The notes beneath the pieces are model-generated. The model searched no databases. It saw only the letters and a program-made list of their open reading frames with translations, and had not been told where the DNA came from. A program made the position numbers and the translations under genes. From Octopus bimaculoides (Eukaryota), in the NCBI RefSeq assembly GCF_001194135.2, contig NC_068992.1, positions 31,606,686-31,670,685 of the forward strand: a stretch of DNA of 64,000 nucleotides, read 5' to 3'. This document shows, one piece after another, positions 13,534 to 27,218 of the stretch (its first letter is position 1; each line of letters starts with the position of its first letter).

Positions 13534-15019
13534 TCCCCTGGGTTTGTGTGGAAGACTAAAATTTATGGATATTAATCTATTTGCAATAGAACAGTGAACC
13601 CATAAGAAAGATATGCGCACAAAAAATTTCACACCTGCACACCCCGTTTGAATATCAAAGGACGAGTTAAAATATATTTACTAAAAGCACCGCGACATGC
13701 TCGATTAATGACACATTCCAAATACAGAGTTGAACTATCTCTAAATAACAACAACTAAAGGTAGTAATCAGTTAAAACATACACATACATTTTTCGTGAA
13801 AATATTCCATAACCAACATTTTGACACACACCTGTAATAAGTTTTTAATCACTGGAGAAAACTTTCGACCTTTGGAAGATACATAGTAAAATCAAAGGAG
13901 GAAATCCAATAAAACGAAAAGTAGCTAAGTCATGGCCCCGACATACCTACATCGATTTCTAAACCGCTTAAAAACAATCCCGTGAGCTGAAGTGAATACA
14001 TGTAAATTTATGCAAACCTGTTTACAAAGTAGTATATGCATGAATAAATTCAAAGCAATAACATAACCACAAATTTAATCAATAAAACATTCTCCATAAT
14101 TCTATCATAACCCACACAACGACTTAATTAATACTCCACTCAAACGCACGTACGCACATACACAACAGTACTTTTTTCTGCAACAGACCAAGTTTAAATT
14201 CAATGCATCACAGCAAGGTGATGGCTTTGCTGACCGATACTTTGAAGATGCAGGGAATAATATTTTTCTAGCAACTGAATATATATATATATATAAACAC
14301 ACACACACACATACTCGCACAGAAGAATATAGTCTCCAGAACTTCTCTTCTTTGAACACCTCCATCAATGGAAGCGAAACACCTAGGACACGAAGTCGTG
14401 GAAGTGTCCGGCCAAACCTCTATTCCAGCCATCATTGTACACGTAAAGCAAGTGTCACAGAAAAACAGCAACAGTGGGAATTACATCAAGAAAAGCAACA
14501 AAAACAATTACTGCTTTTTAGAAATACTATATTGCTAAAAATAGGAGCTACTAAACAGAAAAATCTACAATGCAAAAGACCATGAGACCCAAGGCATGCC
14601 CCTATGCAACTCGTACTTCTCATGTAGCGACCGTGTCGGGAGATTAACAAAATAGAAACAGGAAAAAGGTAACAAGAAAAACCCACCAGCAAAAATGGAA
14701 GTGTGTCAAATAGACAGAGCTTTCAACAAAAGCATATAACCATCATCTCCAACAGCACTACCAACTGGAATATCACCATCACGATCTTTACCATTATAAT
14801 CACTGTTACCAGAGATGGAGCTAACAGTATAAAAGGTAGGGAGCACCGCCATGTCAACAAACCAAGGACAAAGAAGCATCGGCATTTTCTGACGTAAACG
14901 AAAATATCAAAACAATACTCACATACAACATCCTCAGCGATTTCATCACATCAACAGAAAACACGCCAACAATATTTATATAAATCATCGACACAACTTA
15001 CAAAATATGCAACCCTGTA

Positions 15020-15050
<31 letters not shown>

Positions 15051-15195
15051 TGCGATGATAAAAGGGCCTTCAGAAAATATCAAGAGATTGTATAGAGATG
15101 CTTGTGGAATTAGTCACTGCTAATCAGATAGAAGAGATATTTATCCGCCTTCTACCAACATAATTTATATAACCTGCTAATTGTTTCTCGCTTCT

Positions 15196-15870
15196 TCACG
15201 TTTTCAGAATTTCATTGACATTTTTCGTTTCTTGTTTCAATTTCCATCGATCAACCTTTTTAAGGTTGCAAATAATGTCGATGTCATTCTCCTGTAGTCT
15301 TCCCTTTATTCTGTCGTTGATTGCCTTTTGTTCATCTGTCATGTAGCCATTAGTTCTATTGTCTTCTTTTCGATCATCTATATGTCTCTCTTCAAGTAAA
15401 CTACCACTTATCCTTTCCTGTGATATTTGATTACTCTTATTAATACGACCTGTATTTTCATCGATATCTCTGCTGCTATATTCCAAGACCCGTCGTTTGA
15501 TAGCTTCGAGCTATATTTCTGTGAACCAACGATTTTTTTCTTATTGCTCTAGCTTGATCACATAGTCTGCTCTGTGAGTTGAAACAATCCCTTTTCTCAC
15601 GAATGATCCTATAAACTTTGTCGGTATCCCCTAATTTGAGCACCATTTTCATCTACCGGGCTGCTCAAGTAATAACACTCCATGACCACAGCATTAATTT
15701 GCTTGCTCCATCTAGGCCATGTGTAGTGGTCCCTTTCTGGATATCGACAGGCTGGAGTCCAACCAGAATCTGTGAGCCTTTCGGGTGTAACACTGTCACC
15801 AACATTGGCTTCAGTTTTATTACAACCGTTATTCACAATATTTTGTTTTTCATTGTCACACATATGACGT
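15196..15870 (-). mobile_element. R4/Dong/HERO-type non-LTR retrotransposon, N-terminal ORF fragment
   Basis: Frameshifted translation WSKQINAVVMECYYLSSP...RGYRQ, EKGLFQLTEQ.LCDQARAIRK.RWFTEI*LEAIKRRVLE and LKKVDRWKLKQETKNVNEILK. This resembles the N-terminal region of RLE-type (R4/Dong-like) elements. Confidence 0.6.
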
Positions 15871-16800
15871 AGCGATTATCAGGTTGCGCAATTAACAGTG
15901 TTTTTATCCTTAATCAGTACATGGGAGGCTCCACCTGTTTCCTTTCATTATTTTTATTATTATCATCACTGCTATCACTGATATTATTGTTTTTATGTGT
16001 AGTAGCAGCAGTGGTTGCAGCAGCAGCAACAGTAGCAGTGGTGGGGGTAATGGTAAGAGTGGTAGGTGTGCCTCAGATTCCTGTCCTATTATGGTAGTAA
16101 TTGTATTATTACCACCTGCTGCATATCATTATCATTTTTATCATCACCACCACTACCATTGTTATCATTATTATTACTATTTCCATTTATTATTAATAGA
16201 TTTTGACAAATGTTCTTTATTTTCAAGTTTTGTCTTTTAATTTAGATAATCATAAATATGTGATTGATGGAGGAAACAGTTGGGCAGCAGCTTGGTAAAT
16301 AGATCATATACTACAGGTCTATAAATAGATTCAGCAGATGGTGGGGAGGTCAGCCATAGAGACAAAATAATCTTCGCATCCTGTAAGTTCGTAGAGGTCA
16401 AATGTGTTTACTACTACCAGTGAACACTGAGAACGCTCCTTTGGCCTTGAAAAGAAGCAATTCGACCTTGTCTATCTGTAATTACTGGCAGAAAACAACA
16501 ACAACAACAACAATATATATATATATATNNNNNNNNNNNNNNNNNNNNNNNNNNNNNNNNNNNNNNNNNNNNNNNNNNNNNNNNNNNNNNNNNNNNNNNN
16601 NNNNNNNNNNNNNNNNNNNNNNNNNNNNNNNNNNNNNNNNNNNNNNNNNNNNNNNNNNNNNNNNNNNNNNNNNNNNNNNNNNNNNNNNNNNNNNNNNNNN
16701 NNNNNNNNNNNNNNNNNNNNNNNNNNNNNNNNNNNNNNNNNNNNNNNNNNNNNNNNNNNNNNNNNNNNNNNNNNNNNTATATATATATATATATATATAT

Positions 16801-16988
16801 ATTCGTTTCTTGTTTCAATTTCCGTCGATCATCCTTTTTAAGGTTGCAAATAATGTCGCTATCATTCTCCTGTAGTCTTCCCTTTATTCAGTCGTTGATT
16901 GCCTTATGTTCATCTGTCATGTAGCCATTAGTTCCATTGTCTTCTTTTCGATCATCTATATATCTCTCATCAAGTAAACTAACACTGC
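16801..16988 (-). mobile_element. second copy of the 15220-15410 retroelement fragment
   Basis: Direct repeat of about 190 bp (TTCGTTTCTTGTTTCAATTTCC...CAAGTAAACTA) with scattered substitutions. Confidence 0.85.
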
Positions 16989-18013
16989 TCCTTTTTGTGA
17001 GATGTTCGATTGTCTGTTCGGTTGGAGAATACAGTATTACTTTTACAATGAAAATTGTTTACATTTTTGAATACTCAGGGAGAAAGGAAATGATAGGTAT
17101 TCACAGTAGTTGTAGACATTAAAGGTATTTTTTTAAGCTGATCATTTGTGTTCGAAGGCAGCAGGTATGTAAGTTTCCCCATTTATTTTATTTTGAAGAA
17201 AATTTAAAATATTCACAGGAAATTGTAGATAGTCTAGTCTTTGGGAATAATAGAAAGAAGAGATGTTCACCTTGCTGGATTTTTGAATTTCTGAATTTCC
17301 TTTTCTTTTTTTTCGCTTGGAATTTTTATTTTATTTTAAAAAGTTTTCTTGTTGTTTGGTAGGTGCTTACTTCCCTAATTTTTTATCGTGAAATTAATTG
17401 TGTTGTTACAATGAAAGGCATGTTTACATATTCTGTTAGTCATGGAAGAAGGATAGATAAAATGTTTACACAAAATTGGAGATATTAAATTTTCTAAATT
17501 TTTGAGGTGTTCGTTTGTATGTCCGTTCAGAGAAAACTGTGGTGTTTTTTGCAATAAAAAAGATGTTTACATTTTCGAAGGAACGGAAAGAAAAGGTAAA
17601 AAAATTTTCAGAGAAAACTGTTGATAATATGATTATAAAATTTACTGGAGACGATTTATTTTTCTGTCAGAAAAGAGAAAACTAATGTTCTTGGAATAAA
17701 GATGATGTTTACATTTTCGAAGACTCAAGGGAAAAGGAAAGAATAGGTATTCACAGATGTTGTAGATGTTAAAGGCTTTAAAGCTGATCGTTTATGTTCG
17801 AAACCTGTAGATATGTAAGTCTCGTAACTTATTTTGAGGGAAATTTAAAATACTCACAGTAAACTATAAATAATCCAGTATTTTAGAATTATTTTTCAGT
17901 CGTCCTGCTGGGTTGTATTAGTGTTTTCGTGTCTTCAATAGCTGACAGGTCAGAGCAGCAAAAAACACGTCCAGCCGCTGTAAGGTCCAACCAAATGTTA
18001 TTATTATTATTAT

Positions 18014-18344
18014 AGTTCAGTAGCTTTATTTTTATAACGTGCTTTCACTTCACTACCAAGCGCAGCTCTGTGCGCCTTGGGTATGTGCTGTGGTTTGCTG
18101 TGGTGCTCTTATGTTTACTGTATTGAAAGTGTTTTGTGCAGTACCCAGTAGTGCAATTTTCTGTATGTTATATATATTTGTAAGTCCTGGTGTTTTTGTT
18201 ATGTATTTGTCTGAATATTTTTTTATTATACCTAAGGCACCTACTATGATAGGAATTGTTTCTGTTTTTAGATTCCACATTCGAGTTATCTCTATTTCCA
18301 GGTCTTTGTATTTTGAAAGTCTTTCCATTTCTTTTAGAGAAACG

Positions 18345-18347
<3 letters not shown>
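18014..18347 (-). mobile_element. 5'-truncated RLE-type (R4/Dong/HERO-like) retrotransposon 3' end within (TAA)n
   Basis: VSLKEMERLSKYKDLEIEITRMWNLKTETIPIIVGALG...IQKIALLGTA is the RLE C-terminal motif. (TTA)n flanks both sides (18001-18012 and 18348-18431). Confidence 0.85.
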
Positions 18348-18431
<84 letters not shown>

Positions 18432-18432
<1 letters not shown>

Positions 18433-18910
18433 CCTCATTGAGTGAGAGAGTAGAGCATGCCATAAAAGTGACACTGAGGTAAAATATACGAAGCCCATTA
18501 AACCCATCATGACTACCCGTTTGATAAGGCTACACTATCACATGCATCGCAACCATATGTGCGCGATATGGTGATCTCATATCACGATAAACAGCGCATG
18601 ACCTCGCAGGTGGGGCCCAGTTAGAATTTTCTTCAGGTCGAGTAGCCCATCCCGCTCAAGAGGTCCCTGAATAAGGTTTGTGTAAGGATGTTGAGCAAAA
18701 CACCCATGTTTCCAAAGGTGAATTATTCAAACCCCAAAGTATTCCTCTCAACACATGGCTATGATGCTCCCCCACTACTTCTGCTCAGGATTAGAGATGC
18801 ACATATCGTCAGCCACCAAGGGGCATGCTCAACTGGTTATGGTCAAGCAACTGACAAGCAAATCTGTGGTAATGAGCAGAATATTTGCTGTAGCCCAACT
18901 TTTTAGCCAA
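18432..18910 (-). mobile_element. non-coding interspersed element X with (AAT)n tail
   Basis: Reverse complement of 26367-26910. Ends ...CTCTCTCACTCAAT followed by an (AAT)n run. Confidence 0.8.
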
Positions 18911-18928
18911 TTTGCTGACTATTGCGAT

Positions 18929-19407
18929 GGCACGTAAGTGTCGCTGAATGGTTGACTAAGCAAATCCAAGCTTCGCTGGTAATTCTTTAACAGCTAAGAG
19001 GATATCTACTTTTCCACCAGTGTTTGCAGGCCATCCTCTTCGAGCTCTACAGATATTCCAGGACGAGGTTCGTCTTATAGGCTCTTGTTTCCCGCTTGAA
19101 CTACCATTGACAGTGGCTTACGCTTATTGTCTGATCCCCACATATTGCATAAATATTCCTATTCCTTTCCGTTTCGTTGTTGTCTTTACTGAACACATAA
19201 ACCAATATATGCCGTATATGTTCCTTTGTTAATTCCATTATTGCTTTGCAAGTAAATATCTGTTAAAATCGAACTGCACTCAGAATAAGTAAACGGTAAA
19301 ATTACTACCTGTTTTATAGCAAGCTGATGCAGGTAGTTTATCCCAAACCCCTCCAATGTTTAGTTCATGCAATTCAAAAATCTGAATTTTTATGGGTTGA
19401 CCCAATA
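18929..19407 (-). mobile_element. mariner 5' end (TIR plus HTH region)
   Basis: TIR-like TATTGGGTCAACCCATAAAA at the 19407 end. Translation KEHIRHILVYVFSKDNNET...DQTISVSHCQW*F and LQTLVE...KLGFA*STIQRHLRA. Confidence 0.8.
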
Positions 19408-22400
19408 CATTAATATTTTGTTACTGACGCGTTCAATTGTTAAATGTTTTTAGTATTTTTCTGAAAAAAATTTGAAATCTAAATCGGATAATAGGTGTCG
19501 TAGTTACTTATATTGGAAATGTTATGCCATAGCGGGTTTCATGCATTACAAAATATAATACATCAGTTATTCTAATGTTTATCTTATTTTGGGATCTAAA
19601 CAAAGAGCCGAATATGAAAAATAATAGTAAAAGTATATTATTGCAGTATAAACGAGCCTTAATAATGGTAAATCTATTTTCCGTTACGATGCATGTTATA
19701 AGAACAAAGTATTCGATGATGAGAATAACGAACAAAAACAAAAGAAAAGCGTCCATATATTATAAGCACATTCTTTTTCAAGAATAAGTTAACCGTGTTT
19801 CTGCGATTTAGAAAAAATCCTCAGTATAGTATATGTACCTGAAAGAAATGAATTTTTGTACCATTTTTTTTCTTTGAGTGAAGTACCATCTTAAAGCACA
19901 CCATTGTAGAGGTGCGAATGTGTAGGAAATTAATAAACTTTTGCGTTCCAAAGGAATATTTTTACTGTATTTACTAACTGCAAATAAATTTTGGAGGCGT
20001 TATTGGGAGATACTTTACGTTTCATTCCCTTTATTGAGATAATGTCATAGAGTGCTGGGTGCCTTATTTTTTTCAAATATGCTATCTTTCTAAATCGTAC
20101 ATTAGATTCGTATTGCCTTCACCTGCTAACATTCTAGTCCTGTGATGAAGATAGGTGCCATGATGACGATATGGGCCATGGAAAATTGCATCAGTGGAGA
20201 CATGGAAACCAAGCTTGTACTCACATACGTAGCACAAGATACATAATTTATGCATATATGCGTATTGTCTCTTGGAGAATAATTTTAGGGTGTAACATTT
20301 TCAATAGCTTCATCATTTACAAAGACGCTTTCGGATTTGTGCCAAATAGCGGTTTCTGGAATATAGAATTTGAAGCACAGGACGTACAGCATAGAGGGAA
20401 GCTGATTTTCATACTACGTTTCTTCTAGTAAACTGCATTTAATGTCTTCGTGCACGGGAGAAATATAAACTACAAATAAATACAAAGCGATAACGCATCT
20501 CAGAAATTTCTCTTCACTTGCCACTTATCCAAAATACATTTAACTACCTTCATCACCAAATACAAAAATAAAAATCCAGTGCATAAAAAAAATTGTGAGA
20601 GGTACATAATCATTCTTACAGGAATATCATCTAATTATAAATGGGAACTTCATAAATGTTAATAAATATCTCATTTCTTCTTTTGGTTTTTCTTTTGTTC
20701 TTACAGTCTGTTTGTGCTTTCACTTTTGCCAATTATTTTATTTTGTCTGGGATCACTTGCTTTTTATATAAGATGTTGATAAGATGCCTCCACGAAAGTA
20801 CTGATCATAGATATACATTTTGTTCTACTGCATACCTAGCGTTTAGCTATTCCGTATTAAGAATTGAACGTATNNNNNNNNNNNNNNNNNNNNNNNNNNN
20901 NNNNNNNNNNNNNNNNNNNNNNNNNNNNATATATATATATATATATAGATTGCTATTCTCCCAAAAATTCAATATGTTATTTATTCATCCTGGTATTTCT
21001 GTGATTTTCTTATATTTTTGTTTTACTCATTTCATATCCATTTTCAATTTAATTTCTCATGTTTCCACTGTTTCCTCACTCCAATTAAGCAATGGCAGAT
21101 TAAATTATGTTGATTTATTTGAATTTTACAGCTTTCTCATTAACATAGTTTATTTAATTCACCTTTTCTTTTGCTTTCTTTAATGGATGATTCTTCCAAA
21201 CGATGTGTATGAAACTGCGGGCATTGATTTCGTTTAGCTTAAGATCTCAAAATATCATTTGTCATGTGATAATAAAGACTTCAGTTGTGGACATCTATAA
21301 GTTTTCGAAATTCATACAAATGAGATGTATGACGCTAGACACTAATACGTTAGTACTAATAGTACTTCTTTCATCTCTATCAATACTTAAGGTCAGTTTT
21401 TCTTTAAGTAGTGAAATATATAATTATAATGACGAAAACGGTCCAAGTGGGACAGTAGAAAAAATGTTCCATATAATACAAAGTTACTTTGGATTAGTAA
21501 TTTCTAATTCAAAAGCCATGGATGAAATATGAAATACACGCACCGATCAGCGTTTTACATCGGAAAGGGCTGTGTCCAAGCTGCCAAACATATGACATTA
21601 GACATATTGACTTGAGCAATTTATGTGAATTTACTGAGCGAAGAGTCTCATTTCCGTATCAGCATTCGTTTTCTCCGACTGATATTTAAATAAAATCACA
21701 GCTAAAGATTGATCGAAGCGTAAAATATTTACGTTCGAAATCTAGTACACCAGACTTAAGAAATTTGACGGATATTGTTGACTATTTGAAGATGTGCTCG
21801 ATTTTATAGTGACTTCGCATGATAGATTGAGTTACTCTACATGGTAAATAGCTTGGAATATTTCCCATGTAAGCAAACTTCAACTATGAAACATACATGT
21901 ACCGTCGCCAGACATACTTTCGACATGCAAAAACGATATATGTACAGCTCTCCAATGCCTGTAGATTTCATCACGAATGTTAATGCTAACTCAAAAGCAT
22001 AGCCAAACTACTATTTTCTAGAAACCAGCGATAGTCCCTTTGCAAAATATGTTCTGGAAAAATCCACCAATTAATTTATTTATTACAGTGGAACCAATGA
22101 TTTTGCTAGAAAATTCGTCTCTTCAACACGATAAATATTATTTTATATGATGCTGAATTTAGAACTACAAAAGTCGTATTGGGAGCACTTGATATATTTT
22201 TACACACAGTACCAGCAGAGTTGGTCGAAGCTTAATCAAGAATGCATTTGTTTGAAAGAAGTGATGAGTGATACATGTGAATGCAGAGATACGTACTCGT
22301 CTATTCATCGTTAAGAAAATAATGTAGACTGCAACCATAACACTCTCTTCGTCTCATCACATCACACTGCCAATCCTCATGTACGGCTTCATGTCTTCTT

Positions 22401-25400
22401 AGAGGACAGTATGAATATTAAATAAACAGCTTTTGTGAAACTTTTCCCTTCTAGAAGGGGAAGAGGTCAGAATGACCAGGCAAACAGGTGTGACCTGATA
22501 AAACAGAGACAAAATCACATCATATGTGTGGTGTTATATGACTCAATCAAGGTGCACGTTTTCAATTTTTGCTCTAGTTTTCAGTTGTAGATGTGCTTCC
22601 ATTATCTTTGTGTGGAGTACGATAACGTAAACATAGTATCATATCTTATTCATCTGGATGTATGTAAAAACGGACCATATAAAAGATTGTAATTATGTTT
22701 CTATTCAGCGGCGCATGGTGCTGTGTGGCAACATAAATGTGCGTCGTATGGAACCAAGCTACATACTTAGCAACCTATGTAGTCTAAACTTCGATATGGG
22801 TATCAATTTCAAATGTTAAGTCACCATGTTTTGATACAGCTTTCTTGTGTATTGCGTCGTAGAGCAGAATAAATGGTTGGCGTGTGAATGAGATATTTTG
22901 TGTATTTTTATAAATTTTATGTACTTTTATTAATTTGGTTTACATTTTCATGCAGGGATCTTACTACTCTTAAAATATATGAAACCAATTTTCTTCCACA
23001 GTTTTTCAGGCGTAACCGATACTTCTAGCTAGTACTTTGAACAATTCATGAGGGGACCCATCTGAACTTAAAGGGAATGCAATGTCCACAATTTAATAAT
23101 AAAATACTGTGTATTTTTCCATGTAACCCAATGCAGAACGCCTGCATTTTTAAGTGAAACTTTTAAAGGATAGCAGCCATAAATATTTCTAAAAACTTCT
23201 TAGAAGACAGGATATTTTCCCGTTTCTGTTTCCTCTACAACATGGCCTCAGACAGCTTGCACTCTGCAGCGTTTTCTTTTCATCAGTTTCTATATGATGT
23301 CCTGCATATATTATAGATTTCTCAAACCTTGTTGTATGTTCATTAATCCAGATCATCTTTTCTTGTCTTCACTTTTCGTATTAGAGCAAGTACGAACATA
23401 CATTCTTCATGTTTTAGCCTGAATTCCACCGTGACGATTAGCATAGGAATCCAACGGAATAAACATATACAAATGATGATGTAACACTACAAAGAAATCT
23501 ATACATACTATGACAGATAAAAGAAAGTCAAAACTCTACAGAATCAAATTGCTAAACACAACATCTCTCATGTGTCGGGTTATATCTTCTGTATAACATT
23601 CTAATATCACGTTTTTGTTACTAAAATTAAAAGGGTGGTTTCATGAGTGATACTATGTAATGTTTTGAATTTCTTTATTCAATTTTACCTTTTAGATTAT
23701 CTTAGTATTTACAATGTTCATGCTTCTACAGCACTCTATCTATGTGTTGTGTGATGGATGCACTGAATTTTGCCAAAATAAAAGCAGAAACCTTAATTGT
23801 ATCTGTCAGTAGTACGCCACAAACTTTAGAAATTTATCCGTATCCGAGTAATTTTGGTTCAAACAAGCTTTATGGAGTAAAATAATGATTCGAAAAACGT
23901 GTTCTCAAAACGATCAGTGTGGACGCCACGATTTCTCAAATTTAATGGGACTTCGACTAATCTGATTTAACCACTCACCGGTAGAGGTATATATGAACAG
24001 GCTCCTCTTTCAAGCATTTTATGGGATTTCTTGGGTTTCTTTTCTATTTTCTCAGACGGGGTTAATCCATCTGCTTCACCGAAACAGCTACCTATCACTT
24101 CCTAAATTTATATGCCTTAGGTTTGTTCCATATCATCTTTCTATTAAGATTTACCTCATTTGCTTATTCATTTACATTAAACTGCTTTCCATGTTACGCT
24201 TAATTGTACTACTAGTAACCTGGCAATTTTAAAGACATCTTAGAATCTGGATTATTTTCACCATTAAACTCAATCTTGGCAAACACTTTATTGATTGCTT
24301 GATCATTTTAGAAACTCGAATTGTGTTGGCAAATGACCAATGCTTAATAGCAGTGGCGAGAATAGTTTTATTACTACCAAAAGTTTTTCTTGCAAACATG
24401 TTAGAAACGGGGGATGTAGCAGTGGATGCGCTGTAAATGTTCCTATCCCTTTCTTTGTCGCCATACTTCTTTTTTTAATGCCATTTTATTGTTGTTGTGC
24501 ATACTGATAATTGCTATTGCAGTGATGAATTTGTCGATGGTGTTGTCTTTTTGCGTTATGTGATGGTTTGTTTTTCTTCTCTGTGCTATGCATGTTGAGG
24601 TTTCTGCTGATTCACTTCTCTCGCCTTGCCGTCAGATTTAGATGTATTGGGGATAGTATTAGCGCCACTGTTGTAAAACATTCTTTTAATATTACTATCC
24701 TTATCTTTGTTTTCACCATGTCTTACGTTGTCCTTTGTGGCGGCGGTGGTGGTGGTGGCTTTTCAAGCACACGACGACCGTTAATTTCTAGAAAAGAGTT
24801 TGAGCTTGCCGAGCAATCACTATTTAGTTCCGCCTTTTATTTCTCAAAAAATATTTACAGAACACGGCTAAAAATCTAGGAAATACTTCGCTTCATTTGG
24901 GGGCTGGCCAGGTTAACATGAGCGAACATAAATTTTAACTGCAAAAATTTAGTTGTTACACCAAAATAAAATGTTAGACCAATTCAGAAGGGCAACAATA
25001 GCATCACCAGCACCCCCAACAACAACAACAACAAAGACAACAACAGGAATAGCAGCAGCAGCAATGACAGCAAACACAGCAAAAATAATAACACTAATAA
25101 TATTTCTTTTATTCACCACTGACAATTTATGTAAAAGATTGGGGACGGCACATGGCAACACAGCTGAAAAAGAGGGCGGTTAATCCTTTAAAAAGGTAAA
25201 AACAATAAATATTGTAACAAATAAATCCCCAAAAGCAGGAGGATGTTATGGACTGCTCATGGAAACGCACAAAACCTGCAATCGCCCTGATCTCTAGGGC
25301 AAGTACCTCTCCACTTCATCTTCCCTAGATCTAGAGGGGTTCACTCATGTCATTCGCTCCACATTCACTCAACTTTAAACAAAATTTCTAGGCGGCAGCA

Positions 25401-25562
25401 ATTCTCTCTGTACCCTCACTTTCTTCTTCAAGTTTCACTTTAAAAAAACATAAATGTGAGTTTGACCAAAGAGAAAGTTTGCATGACTTTCCGCCCAAAT
25501 CAAGGCGGCGGCGCGATCTTCACGATGCACTCAGCTGATAACTAGATCCGTTCTACACGTGA

Positions 25563-25636
25563 CAATGATGATGATGGTGATGATGATGATGGTGATGATG
25601 ATGATGACGATGATGATGATGATGATGATGATGATG

Positions 25637-25724
<88 letters not shown>

Positions 25725-25748
25725 TAATAATAATAATAATAATAATAT
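25563..25748. repeat. compound (GAT)n to (AAT)n microsatellite
   Basis: Directly visible. Confidence 0.95.
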
Positions 25749-25751
25749 TAA

Positions 25752-26322
25752 AGACGCCATGATAATGTAAGAAGAATGATCCGTTGAGTGTTCTGTGGAA
25801 ATTACGGTCTACAAAGAGCAAAGACCTGGTATGACCAAACTCCGGAAGGAGTTACCGAAAATGAGAATTGCAAAATCCTGTGGGATGCAATGATCCAGTG
25901 TGATCACCCGACCAAACCGGACATTGTTGTGGGGAATAAAAATGAAAGAACATGTACGATAATCGACATAGCATGCCCCGGTGACAACAGGACTAATGTG
26001 AAAGAAGAAAAAAAACTGAACAGTTATGATGATTTGAAGTGGGAAATCCGAAAGTTGTAGTCAATGAATAGAGTAGATGGGATACCTATTGTAACTGGGA
26101 CATTGGAAGTATCAGCACTCAACTACCAACATAGCTGAAAAAATTGGTGCAAGCGTGAAGATAGAGCACCTTCAAAAATCAGTATTGTTTGGAACTGAAA
26201 GAATCCTTCGCAGGGTTCTTGAAGTAAGCCCTGTAAACAAGTGTCACCTTAGCCTGTTGGTTGTGGAAAACTGACACTCTCCATATTAACCCGAAAAATA
26301 AGCCGTGTGTTTTTCATATAAT
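25752..26322 (+). mobile_element. 5'-truncated RLE-type (R4/Dong/HERO-like) retrotransposon 3' end
   Basis: RRHDNV..., CGNYGL...ENENCKILWDAMIQCDHPTKPDIVV...IIDIACPGD...KEEKKLNSYDDLKWEIRKL, then IEHLQKSVLFGTERILRRVLE. This is a PD-(D/E)xK RLE domain. It lies between (AAT)n and (CAA)n(TAA)n. Confidence 0.9.
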
Positions 26323-26366
26323 AGCAACAACAACAACAACAACAATAATAATAATAATAATAATTA

Positions 26367-26910
26367 ATGCCCTGATGCAATACCAAGCAGTGGCTCACCG
26401 GTCTTCTGAACTTAACTGTTCAGAATTGTTATCATGTAATTTGCTTTGTCTTGGTATAAAAGATGGGCTACAGTAAATATTATGTTCAATACCATAGATT
26501 TGCTTGTCAGTTGTTTGTCCTTAACCTGTTGAACATGACCCTTAATGGATGACTATATGTATATCTCTCATCACGAGCAGGAGTAGTGGAGAAACTTCAT
26601 ACTCATGTGTTGAGACGAATTCTTTGGGGTTTGGATAATTCATCTTTGGAAACGTGTGTTTTGTTCAAATAATTAAACAACCGTTATTCAGAGACATTTT
26701 GGGCTACTCAACCCGAGGAAAATTCTAAATGGAACCCCACATACAAGGTCATGTGCTGTTAATCTTGGTATGAGATCAACATGTCACGCACATATGGTTG
26801 TGATGCACGTGCCTGGTGTGCCCTTATCAGACGTGTATTCATGACGGGTATACTGAGCTTCGTATATTTACCCCAGTGTCACTTTGGTGGTATGCACTGC
26901 TCTCTCACTC
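26367..26910 (+). mobile_element. element X, full copy flanked by (AAT)n on both sides
   Basis: Homologous to 18432-18910 (inverted) and 26986-27218. (AAT)n tail from 26911. Confidence 0.8.
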
Positions 26911-26978
<68 letters not shown>

Positions 26979-26985
26979 TAACAAT

Positions 26986-27218
26986 ACTACCATTTGAGTG
27001 TGATGGGCTACTTGACCTGAAGAAAATTCTATCTGGGCTCCACCTGCCAGGTCATGCGGTATTTATCTTGATATGAAATCACCATGTCGCGAAAATATGG
27101 TTGTGATGAATGTGCCCGGCCGGTCTACCCTTATCAGACGAGTAGTCATGATGGGTATACTGTGCTTCGTACATTTTACCCGAGTGTCACTTTGATGACA
27201 TGCACTGCTCTCTCACTC
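26986..27218 (+). mobile_element. element X, 5'-truncated copy with (AAG)n tail
   Basis: Matches 26700-26910 and has the same CTCTCTCACTC end, followed by (AAG)n at 27219-27314. Confidence 0.8.

Noticed and set aside
25531-25821. Poly-Ile/Leu/Met/Ser ORFs (also poly-Asn at 18053-18463, poly-Lys at 27084-27326, poly-TH/CV elsewhere)
   Set aside because: These are microsatellite translations.
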